A stretch of DNA of 64,000 bases from Eremomyces bilateralis CBS 781.70 (taxonomy: Eukaryota): the NCBI GenBank assembly GCA_010015585.1, contig ML975152.1. The stretch is one strand, 5' to 3'. The position numbers and the translations under genes are program-made. Shown piece after piece: positions 50,443-62,553 of this stretch. Position 1 is the first letter of the stretch; each line of letters opens with the position of its first letter. The notes under the pieces were generated by a model. It saw only the letters and a list, made by a program, of their open reading frames with translations. It ran no database searches and had not been told where the DNA came from.

Positions 50443-52361
50443 ATGAATGCACAAGCTTCCAAGGCGTCCAAGGACCGTCGATATACTCAGACTCTCCAGA
50501 GCAACGCCGCCCGAAGCCTCCGATCCCGAGCGAGAAGTAGTGCCAGTACGGATTCCTCTTTAAGTGAGACATTCTCTACCCCTGGTGATCCGGCTGCAGA
50601 AGAAGGTTCTGCTGAAGAAGACGACTGTACGGAACCGGAGTCTCAAGCGGAGGATAGCGAAAAGCCAGAGGTGATTGCCCCGTCTGATGGGTTTCTCCAA
50701 GGACTTGATGAGCCTGGCACCGACGGTGAACAAGATGTAAAAGATGTAAACACCGTCGAGTCATGTGGACATCAGGCGGGGCACAAAGACGACGTTCAGC
50801 ACTCTCATATCCCCACCCCAGAGCCAAGCACCACCGGACACTCAATTGCTGATAACCGGGAGTCCTTTCCCATGGACATCACTACCCCTGTCCGGGACTT
50901 TGATATTCACTCCTCTGGAGTGGACGTTCCCACACCAAATGCCCAACCCGAAAGCCCCTCACCGAGGGTTGTCGAGGTTGATGATGACGACTACAACGCG
51001 GTCAATTACATTCCTGACGATGACGATGACGGCAATGACGATTCCATTGAGTTACTAGAAGAGCAGGACATCATCCAAGAAGAAGCCAAGCGGCCCGCTC
51101 CACGGATCGAAGACTTCATGGACGAGCCGGACGAAATTTCCCACCGATTCAGCATGGAACTAGAGATGCTTTCGGCAGAGGAAGACCCCGCGTCCCCAGT
51201 CAACCGGATGGAACTCGACGCTCCCAGCTGGAACATGTTCCAGGCCCATACGCCACTCTTCCCCGCCCGCAAGCGCGTCCGCTTCGACGAGACGGCTGAA
51301 CACCAAAACACCCTCCGCGGATTCAAGGCCGGCGCGGACCAATGGGCTGTCCCAGTCGAAGATCTGAGCCCCAGTATGCGCCGCATGATTGATGGCGAGG
51401 ATAATGGCTTCAGCACTGATGGTTCGTCCGACGCCGCGAGCGAATTGATACGTCTGCTAACCTGATTGATCTAGACTCGGGCGACACGACTGACGAGGAG
51501 ATGCCGGTATGGGTGCCGTCCCCTGCCGCAAACAAACCAACGCCGCCGCGCACCCGGTCCAAGGCAAAGAGCCCTCGTCGACCCTTGGGATCCGGACCGG
51601 CGATTGGGAAGTTCGTCGTCGAGGTGGACAGCGACGCGAGCATCTGCATCTTCAATGGCCGGACGAAGCAGATCGACATCATCACTCCTCGCAAACGACA
51701 GACTCCTCTGTCAGGCATGTCCTCCGTCACCTGCAGCACTGCGGGCAACAGCCCTCGCACTCCGATGTTGCAACTTGATGATGTCGACAGCGATGGGTCC
51801 CCCACCAAATATTTCTCCACGGACGTCATGCTCGCTGGGCAGTTCAACAACATAGGCTCCAGCGGCAACATGTTCGGAGCTCGCGTCGGTCCACCAGAGT
51901 CTTTCATGCCCAGCAACCCCGGCAGCGAGCAGTCCTGGTTCGACCTCTCCGACCCATTCACCGCCTTCGATGGAATCGGCTTCGACGAAGCCGCCGAGAA
52001 CGACGAGCAAGGGGAGGTCAACATGGGCGAATTCCTCGACCTAGAAGAGGATGACGACGTCGCCATCGACGACGCCACCGACGCCGCGCTGCTTGTCCCC
52101 ACCACCCGCAAGCGCAAGGCCTCCTCGTCGTTTCGTCGTGGCTCCTACTCCGTCGAGTCCAGCAAGGTCGGGGCGTTCCGCCGCAACCAGGAAGCGGCCA
52201 AGCGCGGCGGCGACACGCGTGACCTGGAGGCGTCGCGGGTGGCGTTCGCGACGCTGGCGGAGGAGACGTTGATGGGGCTGCCGCGGACGAAGAAGAAGCG
52301 GCGGATGTCGTCGATGAGCCACGGTGGCCGGCGGTTCGAGACGTTGTTCGAGGAGGATTGA
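50443..52361 (+). CDS. Acidic nuclear protein, candidate Ifh1/Crf1-like coregulator; intron 51422-51474
   Basis: Two ORFs join in frame via a GTTCGT..GCTAAC..TAG intron, giving TDDSGDTTDEEMP at the junction. NLS-like RKRVRF and KKKRR are present. Confidence 0.7.
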
Positions 52362-53975
52362 GTGCTTTTTGGAGAGACGCCCATGAAATGATGTGCGCAG
52401 GTAGTTGGTCATGGTTTCTGATCATCTACGGGGATGGATGCGGTGCTTCTTTTCTGTTGAAAGATACCCACGCCTTTTCTTAACGCGACCCACCGACTCA
52501 CGACCGCATGTACCCCACTACGGCACGCAACAAGCGCCTCGATATCGTGGCTCGCATGGACATTACGGCCTCATGATGGATTATGACACTATACATTTCC
52601 TTTCTTGCTGTGGGCCTCAAGGCAGATGGATGGATGGACTGGATGCCCGTTTTCTTTTAATCAGTCGCTCTGATTCCCAGCAGAGCCAACCCAACGCATC
52701 GCTTTCTTTTTTCTTCAAAAAAGGGTTGGGGGAATACGGATGGGACTTGGGGGATGTTTGAGTTCCTTACGGATCATGGCGTGGGAAGGGCGGACATGGT
52801 TACACGGGAAATCCGAGAGATATTGGGATGGCATGAGTAGGGGATAGCAAGCGGCAAGCAACGCAAGCGAGAGACATCCCCAAAAGTATGACGGTATTAG
52901 TATTGCATAGCTATAGTTAGCTGTAGCTGGAAAATAAAAGTTACTATATTTAATGTAGTCTGGACTCCGGATATCTGTGAGGTGTGCGATAGACTCGCTG
53001 CTTCTTCCCGTGCAGTTTAAGCCAGTTTTGTGTTAGCTGTCTACCCACGCGTTCCCGTCCCAAGACCAGCAATCGCAGTATGCAGGCTTGGATATTGCAG
53101 TATCAACGGGTCATTGCGAACGCCTCGGTAGACTCTCCACGCCGGATGGTCCAATTGCTTTTTGTCCTCTGTCCACATGATGCTGTGACGTGACGACATT
53201 GCCCCGTGTCCATACTGAGTGGTGACCGGAGGCTGCGCCATGCCTCTTTGTCTGCCACGGGAACTGGCGAGAAAATGGAATAAACCTGGCGGTGTCAGGC
53301 CATGTTTGAGTCAGGGACAAACTACCATTTAATTAATCCTCTTCTCAAGTAAACCAAGGCCTCGGACGTGGGGATCAAGGAGGATCCAGCCAAGTGGACA
53401 AAGTTCTTTTGGTGAAGGAAGTGGATGGACAGATACAATTTGAAAAAAATCCGAAAATCCCTTATCATTCCCCCATCTTCGATAATGCCACCACCCAAGT
53501 ATATCGTCAATTCTTAATGTCCATTCCATACAAATCCCACCGGATAATCCCACTACGAGTAGCAGAGATCCTTGTGTGGTGACGCAAAGACGCAGGTGCT
53601 TTGCTGGCTCCTCACCTTGGTACTGCCACCCAAATTAACTCTCGTCTCTCGTAGCTACTGACCGGTACATCGGAAAAGTGAAAACTACCATTCACCTCTT
53701 CCCTCCTCCTTCTTCTTCTTCTTTTCTCACATCAAATCGCAAGCACCGCGTCCCTCCTCCGGATCGAAAGCCTTCTCGTGCTTATACCCTGTCTCTCGAT
53801 CGACCATCGAGTGGTGTTTTTTGTCCCACCCTCATCCCTACGCAATTCGACCTGCCCCTCCATCATCGGTCTCAAACAACCCTGCATCCTCAACGCGCTA
53901 TTAGTACCTCCCACAGTGCTCAATCGGTTCTTATTCAACGTCAAATAGGCCCAATCACCTCCAAGAACCCCGACA

Positions 53976-56398
53976 ATGGAGCCCGTCCCCGCCTCTACCA
54001 ACCCCAAGGTCTCGCACAAACGCCGCATCGGCGTGCTGACCAGCGGCGGTGATGCGCCCGGCATGAACGGCGCCGTGCGCGCGGTGGTGCGTATGGCATT
54101 GGCGCAGGGCTGCGAGGCCTACGCCGTGTACGAGGGCTACGAGGGGCTCGTGCAGGGCGGCGACATGATCCGCGAGATGGGGTGGGAGGACGTGCGCGGT
54201 TTCCTCTCCGAGGGCGGCACGCTGATCGGGTCGGCGCGGTGTGCGGCGTTTCGAGCGCGACCGGGGCGGCTGCAGGCGGCGAACAATATGGTGTTGAGAG
54301 GGATTGATGCGTTGGTGATCATTGGGGGCGATGGGAGTTTGACGGGGGCGGATATCTTTCGGCGGGAGTGGCCAGGTCTGATACAGGAGCTGGTGGAAAC
54401 GGGGGTGAGGAAGGAGGAGGAGGTGGCGCCGTTCCAACATTTGAATATCGTGGGGATGGTGGGGAGCATCGACAATGACATGAGCAGCACGGATGCGACG
54501 ATCGGATGCTATTCGTCCTTGCATCGGATCTGTGAGATGGTGGATTACATCGACGCGACGGCGCAGTCGCATCAGCGGGCCTTCGTCGTCGAGGTCATGG
54601 GCAGACATTGCGGTTGGTTGGCCCTCATGGCGGGAGTGAGCTGTGGCGCCGACTTCATATTCATCCCAGAGAGCCCTCCGCCGGAGGATTGGGAGCACTT
54701 GATGTGCGGCCGGGTAGAAAATGTGAGTGCAGGAGACCGATGTTAGGGGAAACGGCATGGAGCTGACGCATCGCAGAACCGCAAGCGTGGCAAGAGAAAG
54801 ACCATCGTCATCGTTGCCGAGGGGTCTCAGGATCGAAACCTCAATAAGATCACGACGGCCATGGTCAAGGACGTGCTGACAAACCGAAGCCATCTCGACA
54901 CTCGCATCACTACCCTTGGTCACGTTCAGCGAGGCGGTCAAGCGTGTGCGTACGACCGCATGCTTTCCACCTTGCAGGGCGCCGAAGCAGTCAAGGCCGT
55001 TCTCGAAGCGACCCCTGAGACGCCCAGTCCGGTCATCTGCATCATCGAGAACAAGATCGTGCGGCGGAATCTGGTAGACGCGGTCGAGGCTACGCAGAGG
55101 GTGTCTAAGCACATTGCGGAGAAGAACTTCGAGGAGGCGATGAAGGGGCGAGATGCGGAGTTTCTGGAGTACTACAGGAACTTCCTCATCACCACGGATA
55201 TCGAACGCGAGGACCTCCTACTTCCGAAGGAGAAGGTGAGTTTTTTGAACGTTCAGGCGTATACTCGTGGCTAATGTCGCCGTAGCGCTTGCGAATCGGC
55301 ATTATCCACGTCGGTGCCCCGGCGGGAGGGATGAACGCGGCAACCCGTGCAGCGGTCGCGTACTGCCTTGCTCGGGGACACACTCCCGTCGCCCTTTACA
55401 ACGGCTTCCCCGGCCTGTGCCGTCACCACGACGATGAGCCTCTGGGGTCGGTCCGCGAAATCAAATGGCTCGACGCTGACAATTGGGCATCCCGGGGTGG
55501 GTCGGAGATCGGATGCAACCGCGGCCTGCCCGAAGCGGACATGGAGACGGCGGCCATGTGCTTCAAGCAGCACAACATCCAGGCGCTATTCTGTATGGGC
55601 GGGTTCGAGGCCTTCACGGCGGTCAGCCAGCTGCGCAAGGCGCGCGAGCACTACTCTAGCTTCAAGATCCCCATGGTGGTCATCCCGGCCACCATCTCGA
55701 ACAACGTCCCCGGGACCGAGTACTCGATCGGGAACGACACCTGCTTGAACGCGCTAATCCAGTACTGCGACGCCTGCCGGCAGTCCGCCTCGTCCAGCCG
55801 TCGCCGCGTCTTCGTCATCGAAACCCAAGGCGGCGCCTCCGGCTACGTCGCCACCGTCGCCGGGCTCAGCATGGGCGCGTTGGCCGTGTACACGCCGGAA
55901 GAGGGGATCAACATCGACATGATCAACGACGACATCAAGTACCTCCGCAAGGTCTTCGCCAAGGACAAGGGCCAATCCCGCGGCGGCAAGATCATCCTCC
56001 GTAACGAGAAGGCGTCGAAGACCTACACGACGGACTTCATCGCCGACATGATCCGCGAGGAGGCGAACGGACGGTTCGAGTCGCGGGTCGGTATCCCCGG
56101 GCACTTCCAGCAAGGCACCACGCCGTCGCCGATGGACCGGGTGCGCGCGACACGGTTCGGGATCAAGACGATCCAGTACCTGGAGATGTTCGCCGGGCAG
56201 AGCAAGCAGGACATCGCGGACGACCCGATGAGCGCTGCGGTCATCGGGATCATCGGGAGCAACGTGAAGTTCAGTGCCATGGAGAAGGTAGAGAAGACGG
56301 ATACGGATTGGAAGAATCGGAGGCCGAAGAACGAGTTTTGGAGGGAGTTTAAAGTGCTGGTGGATACTTTCAGTGGGCGAAATCTGAAGAGGTACTAA
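53976..56398 (+). CDS. pfkA: ATP-dependent 6-phosphofructokinase; introns 54723-54776 and 55236-55285
   Basis: Motifs [59 protein letters not shown] and [11 protein letters not shown]. Confidence 0.97.
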
Positions 56399-56619
56399 AG
56401 ACTAGACGATTTTGGAGGCGATTTAATGAAGGTTGCATTCAAGACGGTCACGACCACTTCGACGCCTAAGGGTCTTCCATCCCTACAGTATATAATCTTG
56501 AGTTGTTTACACGGGCAATTTTGTCGGAAATACTTCGCTGACAGATTTAGCTAAACCCTACAATGACATATCGACTCCCCATCGAACCATTAATATTCTT
56601 CCTTAAAGTCGCGAAGCCT

Positions 56620-56657
56620 GCCTTGCTGAAAGCCTTGCTGAAAGCCTTGCTGAAAGC
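56620..56657. repeat. Tandem repeat, 3 x 12 bp (GCCTTGCTGAAA)
   Basis: Read directly in the convergent intergenic region between pfkA and the reductase gene. Confidence 0.9.
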
Positions 56658-56736
56658 TGTGATCCCAGACAGCATATACTACACATGCGAGGGGTCAGAA
56701 AGCATGGACAATTCTATTGAATATCACTTCGCCGCT

Positions 56737-57651
56737 CTACTCAACAACTAACCTCACCACCTCCGCGACGCCTCCATCCCCTCCCCGTTCAACCATCACC
56801 CTCTGCATCAGCGACGCCAGCGCATCCAACCCACCCCCATCCACCCCCTCCTCCTTACAGGCCTGCAAAATGTTCCGCACCCCCGCGAGCTGCATCCCCA
56901 GCGGATTTCCCATATTGTCCTCCCACGCTTCCTCGTCCACGGCCGTGGCAATCTGCCCCACATATGGCACCAGCGCCGCCAGCAGTGGCACGACGACCTT
57001 CTCCACCGCGGGCGCAATCTTCGCATCCCCCTTGCTCCCCGACCTAGCGAGTTGCTTCTGTAGCAGCCCCATTCCTACGAACGCGCCAGCGAACATCCCG
57101 TACATGGCAGCCAGCGCCGCAAGGTCGCTCGCCGCCGCAGAGGTGACGTCCTCGCCCGTGTAGAGCGCTGTGCCCAGGGGAGCGACGACGCTAGCCATGG
57201 CGGCTTGGAAGCGCGCCTCGGTCGCGCCGCTGAAGAGGAGGAACGCGTGCGGCGTGCCGACCAGCTGCGGGGTGACCATGACGGCGCCGTCAAGGTAGAG
57301 TTCTGCGCCGCGCGCAGTCATCCATGTCTGTGCGTCGGTGGCTTGGCGGGGGGTGCCGTTGGTGAGGTTGATGATGGTTTTGCTGGCGAGGGAAGGGACA
57401 GGGTGGAGGGCGGTGTAGATGGCGGGGTAGTCGAGGAGGCAGATTAGGATGATGTCGGCGTGGGCGATGGCGGTCACGAGGTTCGGCTCGAACTTGGCGC
57501 CGGCATCGACGAGGGACTGGACTAGTGGGCGGGAGGGGGTGCGGTTCCAGATGGTGAGGTTGGTTGTTGGGGAGGAGGAGCGGAGGAGGGTCTGGGCGAG
57601 GGCGGCGCCCATGTTGCCGATGCCGAGACACAGGATTCGAGGAGAAGACAT
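56737..57651 (-). CDS. NADPH-dependent imine-reductase-like oxidoreductase (beta-hydroxyacid dehydrogenase/6PGD superfamily), intronless
   Basis: Motifs LGIGNMGAALA..IWNRTPSR, NLTNGTP, YLDGAVM and GEDVTSAAASDLAALAAMYG. A TATA-like TATATAAAG lies at about 57751-57759 on the minus strand. Confidence 0.85.
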   Translation of the reverse strand: MSSPRILCLGIGNMGAALAQTLLRSSSPTTNLTIWNRTPSRPLVQSLVDAGAKFEPNLVTAIAHADIILICLLDYPAIYTALHPVPSLASKTIINLTNGTPRQATDAQTWMTARGAELYLDGAVMVTPQLVGTPHAFLLFSGATEARFQAAMASVVAPLGTALYTGEDVTSAAASDLAALAAMYGMFAGAFVGMGLLQKQLARSGSKGDAKIAPAVEKVVVPLLAALVPYVGQIATAVDEEAWEDNMGNPLGMQLAGVRNILQACKEEGVDGGGLDALASLMQRVMVERGGDGGVAEVVRLVVE

Positions 57652-59398
57652 GCTGATGAAGTTGAGATCTGAAGATGATGCGTTGGATGGCGATGTAGTT
57701 GTTGCTGTTGTGCTGGTGGTTTGATGTCTTCATCGCCGTCCAACACGGTACTTTATATAGAGTCTAGCAGCGCCATTCATCTCCATTGTTGAAACCGAGA
57801 ACTCCGCAATCCGTAACTTCGCCAATCGCACAGGAAGCTATTCAGTCCCTCGCTATCCACTAATTACCAATATCCCCGACGGTGACCAAATGAAGAACAA
57901 GCCCCTGGCATATCCACTTTGGATATCGTATTCTCCCACCCCAAGACGAAGGGAACCAGACCGTGAATCACGCCGTGCGGACTTGGCGCAGGATAGCATT
58001 AGTAATTCGAGGCACCGGGATAGTATCAGAGGCACTGCTTAGCAATCGGAAATTCAGAACAGCCATCGCCTTCCATTCGCTAGATCAAAGCTTGTTAGCG
58101 GACTTGGCAGCCAGCATTGAAGCCGTTATATCAAGACAAGCAAGACTGCGTCGATAGTTGTGCGTGTACGGGGCTCCGATCCAATCTATCAACATTCAGT
58201 GAAGCCACTAACTCAGTGTACTAGCATTTGTCAGCAAAGTTCAGTGTAGCCTGTAGGGTGCAGTGTAGGGTAGGTATCAACGCGGGGCTGTGGTTGGATT
58301 GATATATGCAGTGGATTTGTGTGAACGACTTCCTGATTAGGCAAACGTGAAGCTATTCCCACATATTCGGACATCGTACCGTCACTTTACCCCAACCGTT
58401 CAAGTTCTGCATATACTTCTATTACCAAAGAGATCAACTCTATTGCGCCTTTTCTGTTTATTGGAAAACTCAATTAAGGCGACGGCAGACTTCTACTACT
58501 CTTACCTAGTAGCGTGTTAGTGAAGCTTCCCAATGTGTCTCCCCTCTCACTGAATCACTGTAATATAGCAGGGTGTGAACAATCAAGACTCTCAAACCGT
58601 GTCAGCGACCGACGGTGTCAATAAGACTCTTGAAGTTCCATTCACTGATGGCCTGGCGGGGCTTACAGAGCACATACCTCTGCCGAACGTCGATGATACC
58701 ATTCGCAAAAGGATAGCTGGGAGACTGAGAGGGGGTCGGCGGGAGTAGTTATGTTTTCGAGTTAAACATGAAGTTGGAAAATAGGACATCGCGCTATCCC
58801 CAATATAGGAGGTACACTGATACGCCAAGTGATTAGATCGATTCCGGATTCTAGTGCATTTATTTATGCCTTAATGCCTAAGTGCCTTGCAGATATTCCG
58901 TTCCAGCTCCTCACTCCCCTGCATCTCTCCAGCCTCTGCTCTCCTTCTCCTCCTCCTCTCCCCATCACCTATCATCCCATCTCCTCTAATTAATACCCTG
59001 CCTCAAATACAGGGAGGCTTCACCACTTCCTGAGGCCACTTCTTTCTCGACGTTCCCTCATCATGCTTTCATCCGTTTAGCCCGTTCAATTCTTCGTATC
59101 TACTTTCAAGCGAGCGTACTATGTGAATAGGGGATCGACATTGAATTCCATCGCCATCCGGCGCGTCTCCAGCTTTTGACTTTTTCTCGCTGATTCCGAC
59201 ATCTATACCACCCCATTCAATTCCATCGGCTCATTAGCACGATCTCCTCATCTCGATTATAATAACTTTCACCCCGTCACGACCCGAATCGCTGCACTGT
59301 CCCTCGCAAACGCATGCCTTTCGCTTCTCCGCGACCCTGACTCCAAATTCGACCCGACCCGAGCTCCACCCTGGAACGTTGATCCGCACCGCTCAACC

Positions 59399-60121
59399 AT
59401 GGCACCACCGGCCTTCGAACCGTTAACCCTCACGCCCGTCTCCTTCAGCCTGACCGCTGGAACCGACATTCCCGCACCGCTCGAGACCCCACCCGAATCC
59501 CCACGGCCCCCGACCCCCGGCCGCGGCCCCCTCTCCTCCCATCCCACCACCCCCATCCTCAAACAATTCTCCAACTCCGACCTCAACAGCAAGCTGACCA
59601 GCGACGGTGAGGCCAACGGCCGCGCCCCCGCCATGAGCCCGCTCAGCCTCAACAGCCCGGCCGAACCCTTCACGAAACAACCGCAATCCTCCCTGACCAC
59701 CAACATCAGCAGTAACCACACCGGGAAACGGCCCTCCTCCGTCCGCAAATTCCTCTCCCTCCGCTCCCTGCACCCCCGCGCCTCGCACCCCGATTCCGCC
59801 TCCGCCCACCGCCCCTCCACCCCCCAATCCGCCGCCTCACACACGCCGAGCTCGCCCGGTCTGTCGCGGAAGCGGAGCAGCGCCTGGTTCGGCGGGCCGG
59901 GGAAGAGAAAGAGCGGCATGTTCCTGACCGGGCGGCCGTCCGAGTCGCGGGAAGGCGCGGACGCAGAGGGGCTGAACGGCCACGCAGCGAGCGGGACCGA
60001 CGCGGTCGAGGAGGAGCAAAAAGGACCGCCGCCACCGACGATTCCGGAGTGGGAGTCGTTATCGGAGGGGTTAGACGGGGGGGATCTCGGGGCGGAGGAT
60101 ATGTTTAAAGATATCAAGTAG
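59399..60121 (+). CDS. Hypothetical S/P-rich protein (240 aa)
   Basis: ATG in good context (ACCATGG), strong codon bias and motif-like ends (SFSLTAGTDIPAP; DLGAEDMFKDIK). Confidence 0.75.
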   Translation: MAPPAFEPLTLTPVSFSLTAGTDIPAPLETPPESPRPPTPGRGPLSSHPTTPILKQFSNSDLNSKLTSDGEANGRAPAMSPLSLNSPAEPFTKQPQSSLTTNISSNHTGKRPSSVRKFLSLRSLHPRASHPDSASAHRPSTPQSAASHTPSSPGLSRKRSSAWFGGPGKRKSGMFLTGRPSESREGADAEGLNGHAASGTDAVEEEQKGPPPPTIPEWESLSEGLDGGDLGAEDMFKDIK

Positions 60122-61243
60122 GGAAGGGAGCGCGGTGTGCGAGGCATCCCCCCCTCACGGACCAGCAGGAGTGGTGCCGTGGATGGCCTTTTCGACAGGC
60201 AACTCCGGGCCTTGTGGCCGTTTCGTTCCTCTCGAAATCACCGAGCGTTCGCCCCGTCTAGGAAGGGCTGTGCGATCATTATTCTTCTTCTTGTTTGCAA
60301 TGTCTTTTCTCCCTTCCTCAAGATCCGGTCGATGTCGTGGCTTCAGGCGGGACTGGAGTAGCGAAGGGCGCCCGGGCGTTCCAGAAAACATTCCATTGAA
60401 GCCGACCTTTGTATTTCTACCCCTTTCTCATCCGATGAAAAGGGAATCTCTTTTGTTTGAAGGGCTCCGCGGGTGGAGATGGTGCCCGGGAAAGTACCGT
60501 TCCAATTTCTTTCCCTCGAGTAGGATACCACCGTTGTTGTGTTGGAGTCCCGCCATTCCGACTCCCCCCCATTGCCCCTGTCCATCTTGACCTCCGTGTT
60601 TGATGGATGCTGCCATTTTCCTTCGCACCGAATCTTTCACCGTCGGATGCTTCTTCAGACGAGCGCTCATGCGGGTTTCTGTTTTTTTTAGACTGAGAGC
60701 TGCACTGCAACTTGCCAGCCCTCTCGCGCTATGGAGGCATATATTACTGTATCTTATGTAGAAGTCGACAGATATGTCTCGATCGCAATGTCACAGCGCG
60801 TCAACTGCGTGCTTCCAATGAAAGTGTGCGGGATGGTGTGATATGAGTACATGGGTTGATGGGTTCGGAGAGCTTCCAACTGTACGATATATTCCTGTCA
60901 CTACAATGAGCGGGAATCATGGATCGACGCGACAGAAGAGTGTTAACTAGTTACCGGTATTATAGGGATGCTGTTCACTGTGCAGTGATGAGATTATATT
61001 TGGAGCTCCCAGACATGATGGCGGATATGGTTCTTGTGGTCTGCCGGACCCTTCGTCCCGACGTCACAATGGAAACTTTCGGCAACCTGCAAAGCTTCCA
61101 ACAACACCTCGGATTGTTTGGCATCAATCATCCACGTTAACCTCAATTGATCCATCAGATGGACGCCGTTGAATTCTATTATTGAGCGAATTCCGAAAAT
61201 TCCCTAATCTATTAGATTCCGCCCTTGCAGGCACTTGCCAGCG

Positions 61244-62464
61244 ATGTCCCCATCATCTGCCACCCGCCTCTCCCGTCCCACCCGCAATGCCTTAACCACT
61301 CTCTCCCGCCCTACCTCCCGCTCCCCCTTCTCTCCCTCCCTCCATCACCACCGTCCCATCTCCTCCTTTGGCTACACCCAATCCCGCGCCCTCATCTTCC
61401 CCGACTACGGCGACCCCGCCTCCATCCTCTCCCTCCACACCCACTCCCTCCCCCCCACCCACGGTGACCACCTCACCCTCCGCTTCCTCGCCTCCCCCAT
61501 CAACCCCGCCGACATCAACCAGCTCCAAGGCGTCTACCCCTCCAAACCCACCTTTACCCCTGACCTCGGCACCCCGCATCCCGTCGCTGTCGGCGGCAAT
61601 GAGGGCGTCGCTGAGGTCCTCGCGGTCGGGAGCGGTGTGAAGGACCTCGCGAAGGGTGACTGGGTCATCATGCGCAGCCCCGGCTTCGGCACGTGGCGCA
61701 CGCACGCGCAGACTACGGCGGCGGGGCTGCTGCGGCTGGGGGAAGCGACGCGCGAGGGGATCACCCCGGCGCAGGCGGGCACGGTGAGCGTGAACCCGTG
61801 CACGGCGTACCGGATGCTGAAAGACTTCGTGGAGTTGAAGGAAGGGGACTGGTGGATTCAGAACGGGGCGAATAGCGGGGTGGGGAGGGCGGCGGTACAG
61901 TTGGGGCGGGAGTGGGGATATCGGAGCATCAATGTGGTAAGGGGGCGGGAGACAGAGGCGGAGACGGAGGCGTTGAAGGCGGAGTTGCGGGAGCTGGGGG
62001 CGGATGTCGTGGTAACGGATAAGGAGGCGATGGAGCGGGGTTTCGGCGACCGTGTGAAGGAGTGGACGGACGGGGGCAGGGGGAAGGTGAGGCTGGGGCT
62101 GAACTGCGTGGGCGGGAAGCTGGTCACGTCCATGGCGAAGGTGCTCGCGCCGGACTCGCGGGTTGTGACGTACGGCGCCATGGCGAAGCAGCCCGTCGCG
62201 CCGCCGGCCGGGTTGCAGATTTTCCGGAATATTGGGTTCGATGGGTTTTGGGTCAGTCGGTGGAGCGATAAGAATCCGGTGGACAAGGAGAAGACGGTGA
62301 AGCACGTGCTGGATTTAACCCGGCAAGGGAAATTTAAGGACTCGCCCATGGAGGAGATTCGGTGGGATTGGGACACGAAACAGGATACCTTGGTGCGTGC
62401 GGTGGCGGGGACGCTCGAGGGCTATCGACAAGGAAAGGGTATATTCGTATTTGGTGATACCTAA
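61244..62464 (+). CDS. etr1: Mitochondrial 2-enoyl thioester (enoyl-ACP) reductase, MDR family
   Basis: R/S-rich presequence and motifs ASPINPADINQLQGVYP, GGNEG, GFGTWRTH, SVNPCTAYRML, IQNGANSGVG and VTYGAMAKQP. Confidence 0.93.
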   Translation: MSPSSATRLSRPTRNALTTLSRPTSRSPFSPSLHHHRPISSFGYTQSRALIFPDYGDPASILSLHTHSLPPTHGDHLTLRFLASPINPADINQLQGVYPSKPTFTPDLGTPHPVAVGGNEGVAEVLAVGSGVKDLAKGDWVIMRSPGFGTWRTHAQTTAAGLLRLGEATREGITPAQAGTVSVNPCTAYRMLKDFVELKEGDWWIQNGANSGVGRAAVQLGREWGYRSINVVRGRETEAETEALKAELRELGADVVVTDKEAMERGFGDRVKEWTDGGRGKVRLGLNCVGGKLVTSMAKVLAPDSRVVTYGAMAKQPVAPPAGLQIFRNIGFDGFWVSRWSDKNPVDKEKTVKHVLDLTRQGKFKDSPMEEIRWDWDTKQDTLVRAVAGTLEGYRQGKGIFVFGDT

Positions 62465-62553
62465 GTATGTGCTGTCACGGCTCCGAATTCAATCCATACG
62501 CCTAAAGAACGGGTCGTGTCTATGTCCGTGTCGTTGTCCAACATCTTTATGTG

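Noticed and set aside
53955..55112. 385-aa ORF antisense to pfkA, and similar ORFs at 10570-11382, 40692-41600, 59269-60147 and 61292-62305
   Set aside because: Shadow ORFs expected opposite GC3-rich coding sequence. They have no recognisable motifs and overlap well-supported genes.
56396..56553. Stop-codon readthrough to a cryptic peroxisomal signal in pfkA (also checked for the peroxidase, the reductase and isn1)
   Set aside because: None of these stops has the TGA-CTA context, and the in-frame extensions do not end in an SKL-like tripeptide.
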